Shown here: positions 36,355 to 50,379 of the stretch, in pieces | How positions within the stretch are numbered: position 1 is the first letter of the stretch | How the letters are laid out: each line of letters begins with the position of its first letter | NCBI RefSeq assembly: GCF_001194135.2 | Contig: NC_068998.1 | Span: forward strand, 50,867,321-50,931,320 | DNA length: 64,000 nucleotides | Source: Octopus bimaculoides | Taxonomy: Eukaryota | Direction: 5' to 3' | The notes under the pieces: model-generated | What the model saw: the letters and a program-made list of their open reading frames with translations, nothing else | Told to the model about the DNA's origin: nothing | Databases searched by the model: none | Program-made: the position numbers and the translations under genes

Positions 36355-36715
36355 GACCTATGTAGTCTGCTGCTCAGAATACTACTCCCAACTAAGGCCA
36401 CCACACGGTGCAGTATTAACGACGGAACTTGAAGCATTCCGGTGAAGTTACACAAAGATGGTTGTCTCACTGTGACATGTCAGCTTTTGGGAGAGGTTTA
36501 AAATGTTAAGATTCTATTTCCTAAAATGATGGTGGCTAAGAAATGCAGTGATATACATCTAGAAAATCCCGGAAGGACTCACACCAAGCTTTGGTATTGA
36601 AAGTATTATAATGAGCGGAGAAGGATGCCAACGCTTTGTATCAAAAATCTCAAGACATGCCACCAGGATACAGGATCTGCAACAACTTGCACTGATATGC
36701 TTTCATGGAAGACCG
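36355..36715 (+). pseudogene. Heavily decayed CR1-group LINE RT C-terminal fragment
   Basis: SFWERFKMLRFYFL...AVIYI*KIPEGLTPSFGIES; upstream EYYSQL and ELEAF...YTK. Confidence 0.65.
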
Positions 36716-36992
36716 GAAACTAACGGTAATGCTTGTGTGATAGGTACACTTGTTGAGGATCATCACTTGATGCCAAGACAAGAAAACACATACACACACA
36801 AACATACTCACAAAGTCGCACACACACACACATAAATATACTCACACAGTCACACATGCACACACATAAACATACTCACACAGTCACACACACACAAACA
36901 TACTCAATCACACACACACACACACACATAAACATACTCACAGTCACAAACACACACACTCTTTCATGCAGACACATGCACATTCACACACC

Positions 36993-37114
36993 AAGGGTAC
37001 ACGTGTCTGTGGAGTGCTCAGCCACTTGCATGTTAATTTCACAAGGAGGCTGTTCTGTCGATCGGATCAACTGGAACCCTCGTCGTCGTAAGCGACGGAA
37101 TGCCGCGACAATAA
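36993..37114 (+). mobile_element. SINE family K, 3' fragment
   Basis: Reverse complement of 55815-55930. Confidence 0.8.
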
Positions 37115-38044
37115 CCACAGTATTTACACTGGCACAACTGCTCACATACACACACACTCAGACATACATACATTTTCATACACATACCCATACACAGATA
37201 CACATACAGACACACATACACATACCAACATATATACACAAACATCTACACGCCCACACATACACATCTATGCATACACAAAAACACATAAACAAATACA
37301 ATAAAACATATATATACAAACACCCAATATAAACACTTTACTCGCATATACACATACATACACATATCTTTACACACACCTCCACACATACACATACACA
37401 TGTCCATTGTCTGTAATATTAAATGCGTGAAGTCTTAACGTCTTAACAAACAGGCCGGATTATAAACCAATCAAACATATTGATAAATAATGGCCTAGCA
37501 ACGCCATCAATACTATTGATCATTTCTTTAACTCATAGTGACACCTACTTTTGAACGCATGATGAATAAGTTGGTAACCCGAACCCCTGTCTTTCATCAT
37601 CATCACCCATCACCCTTCACCACTACAACCACCATCGTTATCAGTAGCAGCGATTTGACGTCCACTTTTCTGTGCTTAACTCGGTCAAACGAAACAGCCG
37701 GAGACAAATTTTTCGATGGCTTTTATCAGTCCTCAAGCAACTTGATATTTTCCTCTAATCCTTTGAACACACAATCACACACACACACACACACACACAG
37801 CTCAATGATCAGACATGTTTTCATGGACAATTGCAAACAAAATACATTTTTTTTTTCTTCGTTAATGAACACTGACTTTGTTTACAATTAGTGTGTAAAT
37901 GTGAAGAGGAGACATCACTCACACATACACACGTCAGATTGGAACCTGGTGCAGCTCACCAGTTTGCCAGCTCTGGTCAAATCGTCCAACCCATACCAGC
38001 ATGGAAAACAAACCTTAAAGGATGATGATGATGATGATGCTAGA

Positions 38045-38127
<83 letters not shown>

Positions 38128-38139
38128 ATATATATATAT

Positions 38140-38410
38140 ATTTTATTCTTTTACTTGTTTCAGTCATTTTGACAGTGGCCATACTGGAGTATTGCCTCTA
38201 GTTGAACAAATAAACTCCAGGACTTATTCTTTGTAAGCTTAGTCATCTATCATTCTAGCATTCTCTTTTGCTGCACCACTAAGTTCAGGGATGTAAACAC
38301 ACCAACATCGGTTGTCAAGTGATAGTGGGGGGAACAAACACAGACACAAACATATACATATATATAAATACATGACAGGCTTCTTTCAGTTTCCATCAAC
38401 TGCATCCACC
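38140..38410 (-). mobile_element. SINE family A, older partial copy
   Basis: TTTACTTGTTTCAGTCATTT...AACATCGGTTGTCAAG...GGCTTCTTTCAGTTTCC. Confidence 0.75.
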
Positions 38411-38424
38411 CAGAAGGCTTTGCT

Positions 38425-38885
38425 AATGTTTCGTATTTCTTTACTGCCCACAAGGGGCTACACACAGACAGGACAAAAAAAGGACAGACAAAGGGATTAA
38501 GTTGATTACATCGACCCAGTGCATAACTGGTACTTATTTAATCGACCCCGAAAGGATGAAAGGCAAAGTCGACCTCGGCAAAATTTGAACTCAGAATGTA
38601 GCAACAAGTGAAAAACTGTTAAGCATTTCACCTGGCATGCTAACGGTTCTGCCAGCTCGCTGCCTTAAGATAACCTTAATACTCTAGGCACAAGACCCGA
38701 AATTTTTGGGACAGGGGGGGCCAGTCATTTAGATTGATCCCAGTACGCAACTGGTACTTAATTTATCGACCCTGAAAGGATGAAAGGCCAAGTCGACCTC
38801 GGCGAAATTTGAACTCAGAACATAAGACAGACGAAATACCGCTAAGAATTTCGTCTGGTGTGCTAATGCTTCTGCCAGCTCGCTA
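38425..38885 (-). mobile_element. Two tandem family B SINEs (B2 tail 38425-38667; B1 tail 38680-38885)
   Basis: Two complete head/core blocks in the same orientation with different tails. Confidence 0.8.
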
Positions 38886-39277
38886 ATAACCTTAATGTTG
38901 ATCATAGACTTGCTTGACAAAACCTGACCCAGGGTTAAACAACAGCAACAACTACAACAACAAAATAACATGATTATAAAACTGATGAAAGGACAGTTTG
39001 ATTGAAGGTGATGAAAGGTCAACCAATAAGAACATAACTGTATTGATTACAAAACTGTTTGATCAATCAATCAATCAGAAAAGCTGAGACCATTAGAAGG
39101 TAGTGATGGAAAAGGGAGAGGGAGGGAGGGAGGTGAGAGCGTGCCTGAGGGGGGGGGGCTGGAGGTAGAACAACAAAAGAAATTAATGGAGTGGAGTACT
39201 GATTGATATCTATCAGAGAATCTGTATGAAAGCAATCCGGGGTGGTGGGGGAGCCTAACCACACCCACGACCACAAT

Positions 39278-39319
<42 letters not shown>

Positions 39320-39614
39320 TGGTAGGAAGATTTGGTTGCTATTTCTAGCACTTCAAGTGGCTAGGTAGTGGCTCCCTAGTTGGCTTGCCAAACAATAAAT
39401 CATGTGAGGGGAAAGTTATAATAAATAAGTGTGTTAAAAGTTCATTTAATAAGTGTCTGTGGTTATACAGGAAATTCCTCTCACATCCTCAAAATAATAA
39501 GCATTAAACAAAACAAAGTACTATCATAATTCTATTCACACATCACACACTGGAGATTTATTGTTCAGATATTGTTGTGGATGTTATTATTATCTTTATT
39601 ATCATTCTTACTGA

Positions 39615-39812
39615 GACAGCGAGCTGGCGGAATGGTTAGCAGGCCAGGCGAAATGCTTCATGACATTTCGTCCGGCTTTACATTCTGAGTTCAAATTCTG
39701 CTGAGGTTGATTTTGCTTTTTACTGTTTTAGGGTTGATAAAATAAGAACCAGTTGAGTACTGGGGTCGATATAATTGACTGACCCCCAATATTACTGGCC
39801 TTGTACCAAAGT
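39615..39812 (+). mobile_element. SINE family B
   Basis: CAGCGAGCTGGCGGAATGGTTAGC...GAGTTCAAATTC. Confidence 0.8.
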
Positions 39813-39861
39813 TTGAAACCATTATCATTATTATTATTATTATCATCATCATCATTGTTGG

Positions 39862-40097
39862 GTGAAAGAGCAACGCATGACATCAAAGTGACGCTGGGGT
39901 AAAATATACGAAGCCCAGTACACCCATCATGACTACCCATTTGATAAGGGTACACCAGGCACATGCATCACAACCAAATGTGTACATGGCAAACTCATAT
40001 CAAAATAAACAGCGCATTGACCTTGCAGGTGAGGCCATAAATAGTGCATGATCTTGCTGGTGGGGCCATAAATAGTGCATGACTTTGCTGGTGGGGG
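39862..40097. repeat. Interspersed repeat J ending in a 31-bp tandem unit (40022-40097)
   Basis: Inverted second copy at 48232-48288; unit restarts at 40022, 40053 and 40084. Confidence 0.65.
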
Positions 40098-40107
40098 TCT
40101 TATAATT

Positions 40108-40844
40108 ATTACCTCTGCCTTAGTTAAGATGAAGGTATTGTTTTCAGTCATGTTTGTTTGTTTGTTTGTCTGTGGACAAAATATCTCAAGAACCACTGGA
40201 TGGATTCGAATGAAACTTTCAGGGATGTTTGGCCTTGTGATTGGTACGAACTGATTAGATTTTGGGATCAATCCAGTACTGAACAAGGATTCTGGATTAT
40301 TTTTCCTGTTTTTTAACTTAATTTTTGAGAGCAGCCAGGTTAATTTTTAGTATTCTCTTTTGTGAGAACAATCGAGTTTATTTAAGATATTCTCATTTTA
40401 AAAATCATATCCGGTTGATCGTTGAGAGGACATTAGTGTTGCCTTGACGGAGGCTTGTGCTCTCTGAGTGCTCTTGTTACAATTACCTCCACCTTAGCGA
40501 AGGCAGAAGTATTATTTTCAGTCATGTTTGTTTGTCCGTGGACAAGATATCTCAAGAACCATTGGATGGATTCAGATGGAACTTTCAGGAATGTTTTGCT
40601 TCGTGACTGACACAAACTGATTAGATTTTATGGCTGATCCGGAACTGGACAAGGATTCTGGATTATTTTTCCTGTTTTTTTTTTATTAATTTTTGAGAGC
40701 AATCACGTTCATTTCTAGTATTCTCACTCGTGAGAGCAGCCAGGTTTATTTCAGATATTCTCATTTTAAAAATCATCTCTGACTAATTGTTAGAGGATGT
40801 AGGTGTTGCCTTGGTAGCGGTTTGTGCTCTCTGAATGCTCTTGT
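40108..40844 (+). mobile_element. Two head-to-tail copies of a Helentron/DINE-1-like (HINE-type) non-autonomous element
   Basis: Copies 40108-40478 and 40482-40844: ATTACCTC(T/C)(G/A)CC start, (GTTT)n tract, subterminal CCTTGACGGAGG-like IR, GCTCTCTGA(G/A)TGCTCTTGT end; no TSD seen. Confidence 0.7.
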
Positions 40845-41159
40845 CATTATTATTATTATGATTGGCAGAATCCTTAGCACACAGGACAAAATTCTTGGTG
40901 ACATTTCAGGCTTTTTATATTCTGAATACAACTACAGCTGAGATCAATTTTGCTTTCCATTCTTCTGGAGTCGATAGAACAAAGTACCAGGTAAAGTACA
41001 TGAGGCAATATGAATCTGGTTTTTCCTAATTCAGGATAATATATGAGCACATATATATGTGTGTGTGTGTGTCTACATATACCACTATCATCATCATGGG
41101 TGACTGCATGTGTATGCATGTGTGAGTAAATATACGTGTATATATGAGTAGATATGCAT

Positions 41160-41520
41160 AATCTTTTACTTGTTTCAGTCATTAGACTGCGACCATACTG
41201 GGGCACTGCCTTTAAATGTTTTAGTCAGATATGTTGACCCCAGTGCTTAGTTTTTTAAAGCCTGGTGTTTTATCTATTGCTCGTTTGCCAAACCACTAAG
41301 TTACAGGGACACAAACAAACCATACCTGGTTGTCAAGCGATAGTTGAGGACAAACACACATCTGTGTGTGTGTGTGTGACAGGCGTTTTTAAGCTTCAGT
41401 CAAACAAATCCGTTCACAAGGATAGCCCTAGTTGACTCAGAGCTATAGCAGAAGATACTTGCCCAAGGTGCCACACGGTGGGACTGAACCTGAAACCATG
41501 TGGTTGGGAAGTAAACTTAT
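41160..41520 (-). mobile_element. SINE family A, older copy
   Basis: Both modules recognisable. Confidence 0.75.
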
Positions 41521-41576
41521 AAAATATATATGTGTGTTTTTTTGTGTGTGTGTGTGTGCAGGGTTGCACAGGAAGG

Positions 41577-41609
<33 letters not shown>

Positions 41610-42239
41610 ATGATGGGCTTCAGTACAGTTTCTATTTACCGTAATTAACTCAACATGAAGATCCATGACCAACATACTCACACAGTATTCTTGAACCTAG
41701 AACCACATGGCCATATTTTTAAAGAAAAAGAACATATATTTAGAAAAATACAGATTAAAACTTAAAATAACCATTATTCCTTGTAACATAACACTAATTT
41801 GTTTAGAAGTCTTGCTGAATTAATTACTAAAATTAGTTCCATTAGCAATCCTACTTAACTACGTCCCATCTGTTTTGTATCAGATATTCAATGAACATCC
41901 ACGCTACCCCACCCACCACATCTGCTGATAACATTCTAGGGAAACGGCTAATGGTAGTAATTTTGTTTTAATTTTTTAAAATTTATTGGTCATTTATTTA
42001 TTTATTTTGTGTGGAGGTAACAAGGTACCTTTATACAGACTGCTTGCTCAACTTGCTAGAAATTACAACCAGTTCTTCAAATAATAATAATAATAATAAT
42101 AATTCTTTCTATTGGAGGCACAAAGACTTGAATTTGTGGGGAGTGGACTAGTCACTTACATCGACCCCAGTGCATAACTGGTACTTAATTTATTGACCCT
42201 GAAAGGATGAAAGGGAAAGCTGACCTCGGTGGAATTATC

Positions 42240-42275
<36 letters not shown>

Positions 42276-43040
42276 TTCATCTTCATTATCATCATCATCC
42301 TCTTCACTGTAGTCATCGTCGATATTGTCGTCATCGTCATCATCACTATGATAATTAGTAATCTCCGTCATCATTGTCGTCGTCATCAACCATCATTATC
42401 ATGATCATCATCACCATCATCATTACCATCATTATTGTTGTCATCATCATCACTACCACCACTACCACCACCATTGATACTGATACATTGATGACCTCGA
42501 AAAGATGAAAAACAAAGTTGACACAGCATGATTCAAATTTGTATCATAGAATATCAATCCTCCACCCTGGACTGACACTTTGTTTATCAAACTTTCAGAG
42601 AATAAAAGGAAAAGTTGACCTCGGTCACATTTGAACTTTAGACAGCAACAGGCTAGAACTAACACTGCAAGGTGCCTTCCCTGATCTTCTAACAATCATG
42701 TCCAATTAGCCATCCACCTCACTCCAGACTGGCAATAGATTTATCGAGACTGCAATGATGGAAAGCAATGAAAGGCAAAGGCAATGTTGACCGTGACAGG
42801 ATTTGAACCAAGCTGGAGCAGACAGTGTAAGGCAGGTACCTCATCTGATGCTGTTACAACGCAGCCAATTCACCAAATTCGGTGGGGGAGGGGTGGTGGT
42901 TAAACAACAACAACAACAACAACAGCAAGAGTACTGTGTGAAGAAGGGATTAATGTTCACCACCTGACTGTTGCAATCTGAGATAGCGGAATACCTACTT
43001 ATATCTATGGTTTGTTTATATACTGCATACATATATATAC

Positions 43041-43071
<31 letters not shown>

Positions 43072-43238
43072 AAGTGTGGGCATGTACAAGTATATACACA
43101 TACAGATATAGAAATATCTATATCTAAACACACACACGTATATATACACATACACATATTATATCACTCACATTCTAGAACATTTAGTCTTACTATGAAG
43201 GGCTTGTTGTTTTTTGTTGTTTATTTTTAATACGTTTT

Positions 43239-43274
<36 letters not shown>

Positions 43275-43718
43275 TGATAACACACATCCCATTGCAATGT
43301 GGAAATTAATTGTAACAGACACCTCATTCAGTTTACATTTGAGTCATTAACCAGCTGCATTGCATCATGGGAAGACAGTGAATTAGCAGACCCGTTACAG
43401 CATCAGTCAGAATACCTTATCATATCTGTTCCAATTCTCAGTGATCCGAGTTCATATCCCATGAAGGACAACCATACTTTTCATCCTATCAGAGCTGGCA
43501 AAAAAAAAAAAGTACCAATCCAAGGCTATATATTTGTAGAATGGTAAGGGAGTCAAGCAAGGTGACTTGTGGTGTTTGATCCATTGCTTAGTGTTCTGAT
43601 GACAACATCTGTAATGACCCAGATGCCAAGTTGTGTTGGTCCAAATTGGTGAGCCTTTCCCTGAGATAAATATCATTAGTGAAGAGAGGAGACGACTCGC
43701 ATGCATTAACAACTTCGG

Positions 43719-43768
<50 letters not shown>

Positions 43769-43904
43769 TCAGTGTCCTTTGTCTACTGTAACCTCTTCAA
43801 TGACTGGTCCTGTTTAATCCATTCTTATCCTGTTTAGTGAAGTAGAGAATGGACAGAGGTCAACATGATGTGTAATGAAAGGCTTGGACAAAAGACACTA
43901 AAAA

Positions 43905-43953
43905 AATAATGATGATGACAACGATAATAATGATAATAATAATAATAATAATG

Positions 43954-43992
<39 letters not shown>

Positions 43993-44025
43993 TTAATAAT
44001 GATGATGATAATGATTATAATAATG

Positions 44026-44070
<45 letters not shown>

Positions 44071-44093
44071 TTAATAATGACGATGATAATGAT

Positions 44094-44143
<50 letters not shown>

Positions 44144-44180
44144 TGATGATGATGATGATGATGATAATGATAATGATAAT
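43905..44180. repeat. (AAT)/(GAT) trinucleotide array
   Basis: Directly visible. Confidence 0.95.
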
Positions 44181-44319
44181 AAAGCTGAAGTGAAGAGAAA
44201 GTATGTGGTACGTGTGGTTAAGTAGCAAAGCATGACCATCCCCAAATATAACAATATCTGTTTCAACACACAATTTCCCATCAGGAATCTGGCAAAACAA
44301 ATACGTAAATGCATGTGTC

Positions 44320-44650
44320 TCATTATCATCATCATCATCATCATCATCATCATTATCATCAATATCATCGTTTTACGTCCACTTTACATGCTGGCATGGG
44401 TTGGACAGTTTGACTGAGGACTGGCAAGCTGGGAAGCTGCACCCTGACTTGGCAGGGTTTCTACAGCTGGATGCCCTTCCTAACGCCAACCACTCCGAGA
44501 GTGTAGTGGGTGCTTTTACATGCCACCGACACAAGGGCCAGTCAGGCAGTACTGGCAACGACCATGCTCAAAAGGTGTCTTTTACTTTCTACCTGCGCGG
44601 GAGCCAGTCTGGCGGCACTGGCAATGACCGCACTCAAATGTTGTTTTACA
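44320..44650 (-). mobile_element. RTE tail repeat (family C)
   Basis: (CAT)n tail, GGATGCCCTTCCTAACGCCAACC and duplicated GCCAGTC...GCA(G/C)TACTGGCAA-like subunits. Confidence 0.85.
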
Positions 44651-45260
44651 CGTCCCAGCAAAAGAGATTGATAGATCAAGTGCCAAACTTGCAAAAGGAA
44701 GCATAAGTAGAGGGGATCAATTTGTTCATCTAAAAACTCTTCAAGGTATGGCCCCAGAATGGCCACAGTCGAATGACTGAAACAAGTAAAAAATAATAAA
44801 TAAAATATATATATATGTATGTATATATACACCTACACACATATGTATACAAGTATCTCAGTGAAAGAGGATAGTAAAGAAATACCTTGTTGTGTTTAAC
44901 TAGGTCCCTTTATGCCAAGGTGGACTTTTCGCTTTCTGCCAGAAGAGCTTCACTTATTACAACACAGACAGGCAAATCACTTGGTGGTCGTGAACATAGA
45001 GAGAGCCAAATGTAAACCAACTATGTAAACACCATCTTAACGAGAGATAACGAGCAGGAGTAGGGTGCAGTGAGGGGAGGGGGGAGATGGCAACCGTGGT
45101 TGTGGTGATGGTGGTGGTGGTAGTGATGATGGGTCTATTTCCCCTTACATGTAATTCTTTATGTTTATCTGCATGGGCTTGAGACATTAAGATCCACTTT
45201 TGAAACATGCTCCCATGTACTTAAGTATATATACATACTTGTGTGTGTGTATAAATACAT

Positions 45261-45317
<57 letters not shown>

Positions 45318-45868
45318 AACATATGCATAAGCACATACACACATTCGTACAAACATGGAAAAATCTTTTTTTTTTGCATACATAAACACATACATACATA
45401 CATACATACATACATACAAAGACATACAGACATAGGCACACATTTTCTTGCATACACACAAAAACAATTACGTATACCCACACTATCACATTTAGCTCTT
45501 GTACAAATACAGACACTTTCTCTCATATGGCAAAGCAGTATTTCTCACCCTCTCTCTTTTTCTCCGTCTGTATGCTGAGAGATTGTCTTAGCCCGTTTGA
45601 CTTTGGACGATTGATTTGTATCAGTTTATTTTGGCGATTCAAAGAAGAGCTTTGACTGTTATTTCCAGCAGGTAGACATACTTAGTATGTCCTTTGATTA
45701 ATTTTAATCCTTCAGCTATTTAATGCTTTGGCAGGGGCTGCAATCGCCTATATTATTGATGCTGCTATTATCATTTTTAAATTGCTACACTAGATAATAG
45801 CAGAGTCAATGATATCTTGGCAAATTATTTTCTCATGAATTATTTTTTTCTCGTGAATTACTTGCTCC

Positions 45869-45920
<52 letters not shown>

Positions 45921-46116
45921 GTGTGATTGTGTGGTAAGAAGCTGGCATTTCAACCACATAGCTTTGGGTTCAGTCCCACTGCATAACATCTTGGATGAGT
46001 GTGAGTGGGAAAATATAATCAGTACAAGGTGTTGATGTGGCTGCATGTATGTTATTATAAGAGTTCATAAAGAGATGAAGAATAAATTCATATGTATGTA
46101 TATACATATGTATAAG

Positions 46117-46117
<1 letters not shown>

Positions 46118-46169
<52 letters not shown>

Positions 46170-46195
46170 GGATAGATAGATAGACAGACAGATAG
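46118..46195. repeat. (GATA)n microsatellite
   Basis: Directly visible; a longer one is at 60035-60200. Confidence 0.95.
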
Positions 46196-46419
46196 AGTAA
46201 GGGAATACAGAAAATAAGGGCTAAGGGGGGATGGGGTTTCAAGATGTGCAATAGAAATATAGTTTTAAAAGTGAGTTGATGAAGATGAGTTTATTGGAAG
46301 ATGCACAGGACTTGAAAGTAATTTGATTCACAGACATTCACAGGATGGAATGGTTCCTAGCAGACAGCAGATTCACCTGGTAGATTCGCTTGCATTAAAT
46401 AATATTAAATTCTCTCTCT

Positions 46420-46440
46420 CCTTTTCTTCAACTCTCTCTC

Positions 46441-46515
<75 letters not shown>
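46420..46515. repeat. (CT)n homopyrimidine tract
   Basis: About 90 bp of CT repeats. Confidence 0.95.
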
Positions 46516-46517
<2 letters not shown>

Positions 46518-47224
46518 CACATACACATAAATATATATGAAATATACAGAAATATAGACATAGACACATGCATACAAAACAAAAGTCAGAAGAAAATGTA
46601 TACTATTCATCATCATCCACATCTACACTAACAAATAAGATGAAAAATCACTCAATACACAATTAATGTGTAATAATCTATAATAATAACGAGATTCTTC
46701 GTCCTTCTCTTATTATGCTGAGTCCCAGGAGTATCTTGCATGACCAGCAAGCAATCTTAGAGAGTGGAAACTGGCTGAATCATAAACAAGTCAGAGAAAA
46801 ATGCTTTACAGAAATTCTTCCAATGCTTTACATTCTGGGTTCAAATTTCACCCAGGTTGCTTATACTGATCACTCTTTCAGGATTGATAAAATAATGTAT
46901 CAGTCAAGTACAAGGGTTGATACAATCAATTTGGCCCACCCTCAAAGATTGCTGGCTTTGGGCCAAGATTAGAATACATTACACACACACACACATATAT
47001 TTTGATGTTTGTTTTTATGTTCAGTTACAAAATTAACAACTTTACTTTAATCTGATGGGTTACTCTATACTTTTGTGTTTGTATGTATATATATAGATAC
47101 ATATATATATATATATATNNNNNNNNNNNNNNNNNNNNNNNNNNNNNNNNNNNNNNNNNNNNNNNNNNNNNNNNNNNNNNNNNNNNNNNNNNNNNNNNNN
47201 NNNNNNNNNNNNNNNNNNNNNNNN

Positions 47225-47270
47225 GAATGTTTTTTCACATGCCACCGGCACAAGTGCCAGTAAGGCGACA

Positions 47271-47304
<34 letters not shown>

Positions 47305-47470
47305 TGTTAGGAAGGGCATGTTGGCATTAGAAAGGGCATCCAGCTGTAGAAACTCTGCTAGATGAGATTGGAGCCTGGTGCAGCCATCTGGTTCGCCAGT
47401 CCTTAGTCAAATCGTCCAACCCATGCTAGCATGGAAAGCGGACGTTAAACGATGATGATGATGATGATGA
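47225..47470 (+). mobile_element. RTE tail repeat (family C)
   Basis: GAAAGGGCATCCAGCTGTAG...GCGGACGTTAAACGATGATG. Confidence 0.85.
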
Positions 47471-48189
47471 TATATATATATATATATTCACACACATACA
47501 TATACATACATAATATATACATATATATCTATATATGCATGTTTTAGTGCAACCAAATACATGCTAACACATGGAATACATGCGTATGCATCTGTGTGCG
47601 TTCACATGACTTAGCTAAGTGAATCTTACCAGCTCTATTTACTCCATGCTACCTATATCTAACCAACGAAATTATTTTCGAGCTATCACGTCTTGACTCA
47701 CTGAAATTAGATTTTTTACAGAAGGAATTCTCCTACCACACTGTTAGAACTTCTCCGATTTCCTGTTTTACCATTCCACAGAAGATAACTTTACATATAG
47801 GACTATGAACCAAAAACAAAATAAGAAAATAAATGAAAGAAAACGAAAATGTAACTAGTTTCTTAATTTTCCTTTCAGTGGGAAAAAAAAAAAACATCAG
47901 CATTTAATTATATATATTATTTTTATCTTGTAAATGTTGTTCAACCATGGGATATTTCTGATCCAGTAGGGCTATGATTGCATGCATGTGTCTATGTTGT
48001 GATGCGGTGTATTTAGCTTTGCACTTGCAACCCAACCATGCCCTTCCGAATGGATTTGCCCACCAAACAGGAGGATGGGGTGAGGGGCAGAGGAAGGAGG
48101 AAGAGGAGGGGAAGAAGAGAAGAGTGAGGGTGAGGAAGGAAAGGGTAGGGTTTAAATGTGGGGAGATGAGGAATGGGGAGAAAGAGGAG

Positions 48190-48230
<41 letters not shown>

Positions 48231-48308
48231 TGGGCTTCATATATCTTACCCCAGTGTCACTTTGATGGCATGCACTGCTCTCTCACTCAATAATAATAAT
48301 AATCTAAA

Positions 48309-48720
48309 CCCTTTCTACTAAAGGTACATAGCGTGAAATTTTGGAGGGAGAAGTTTCGTCAATTATATTGACCCCAGTGCCCAACTTATGTGCATTTTAT
48401 TGACCCCAAAAGAATGAAAGGCAAAGTCGACCTCAATAGAATTTGAACTCAGAATGTAGAGGACAAAATGCTGTTAATCCTTCTGTTTGACATGCTAACG
48501 ATTCTGCCAGCTGATTACTTTATAACAATGAAATAATAATTAGCATGATTAAGGTTGACTTTGCCTTTCATCCTTTTGGGGTTAATGAATTAATTAAAGG
48601 TGAGCATATTAATTAAAGGTGAGAATTAATAAACTTAATTACCAGGTGAGCATTGGGGTCAATACAAACGATTACTCCCCTATCCCTATAACTTCAGGCT
48701 GTGTCCCTTTAGTAGAAAGG
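48309..48720. mobile_element. Divergent pair of family B SINEs (48309-48512 minus; 48550-48720 plus)
   Basis: Outer ends CCTTTCTACTAAAGG and CCTTTAGTAGAAAGG are exact 15-bp reverse complements. Confidence 0.75.
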
Positions 48721-49140
48721 GCTATTATGATCATTGTCATTATTATTATTTTCATTATAACGAAGAATTAATTATAGATATGTCTACAAAAGAACAGCTG
48801 TTGCAAAGGTTTGGAAAGCTTTAAAGAAGAACAAGGCAAATAGAAAAGAAGACTCATTGATTTCTCATAAAGTGTTTAATTCCTTGAACAAAGGAAGAGA
48901 TGAAAAACAAAAAGAAAGAAAGAAAGAAAGAAAGAAGCCCAAAGAATGGTTTCTAAGCTTTTTATTTTGACAAAGCAGTGTTGGTGTGAATAAGGGTTGG
49001 TGGTAGCGATGAAGAGTGAGGAAGGATTTAAACAATGAAATTTGTGTGTCCCCGCCCCTAATAGCAATATAGATTTATTATATAGACATTAAATTATACA
49101 GACATAGTGTGTAGTACTAACATAATAGTGTATGTATGGC

Positions 49141-49188
<48 letters not shown>

Positions 49189-50379
49189 TATCATTTAATG
49201 TTCAGGTTTTTTTCTGCTGGCATGGGTCAGATTTTTTTTGTCAGCAATTGGATACCTTTCCTGTCACCAACCGTCACCTGTTCTCAAGGAAGGGAATATC
49301 TGTTTTTTTTTTTTTCATTGCCAGACATGTTTTCAAGACTGGAAACAAGGAACACCACTTGGAAGGAGGTGACATTCGTTTACAGCAGTCACGTGAATTC
49401 AAAGCAAGGAGATAGTAACACATATGCATGCACGCACACACGCACACACACATACACATGCACACACACATACATCCATGCATGCACACCCCTCCCCTCC
49501 ATACATGTTGCATATATATATATATATATCATCATCATCACCATCATCATTTAATATGGCTTTTTTATCCATCTTGTCATAGGTTGGCAGTTCAACAGGA
49601 ACTGACAAACCAGAGGACTGCGAGGAGCTCCAGTGTCTGGTTTGACAAAGTCGACCTCGGCGGAATTTGAACTCAGAACAGAAAGCCAGCCTGTTGTGCT
49701 AACGATTCCACCAGCCCATCACGTGGTGGTGGCCATGGCAGTGGTGACGGTGGTCATGAAAACAAACAAGGAAAAGAATATGAAGTCATTAAATGGGGGA
49801 GGTTGTGGTTCGTTAGACAATTAGATGAGTGACGAGTAATAAGTAATGACGAGGAAGCGGAATGGAGTGTGGGGAGTGGGGGTGGAAAGATTGGTTGGAT
49901 GTAGAATGCGGTTGTTGAAGGGATCCAATTCCATCTGATTTATAGTCCTTGTTGATGGGAGGTGGGGTGAACAGGTGGGCGGGCGGAGAGGCTCCATTAA
50001 AAGACTATTATAATATGTAATAGATATGAAATTAAGAACAGTGCATACCCGTGTGTGTGTGTGTGTGTGTGTGTTTGTGTGAGTGTGTGTGTGTACGAGT
50101 GCATGTGTGCATGCATGNNNNNNNNNNNNNNNNNNNNNNNNNNNNNNNNNNNNNNNNNNNNNNNNNNNNNNNNNNNNNNNNNNNNNNNNNNNNNNNNNNN
50201 NNNNNNNNNNNNNNNNNNNNNNNNNNNNNNNNNNNNNNNNNNNNNNNNNNNNNNNNNNNNNNNNNNNNNNNNNNNNNNNNNNNNNNNNNNNNNNNNNNNN
50301 NNNNNNNNNNNNNNNNNNNNNNNNNNNNNNNNNNNNNNNNNNNATGTAATAGATATGAAATTAAGAACAGTGCATACCC

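Noticed and set aside
47620-47691. Minus-strand exon-like segment with CTG|GTAAGA donor
   Set aside because: Stops in all three frames
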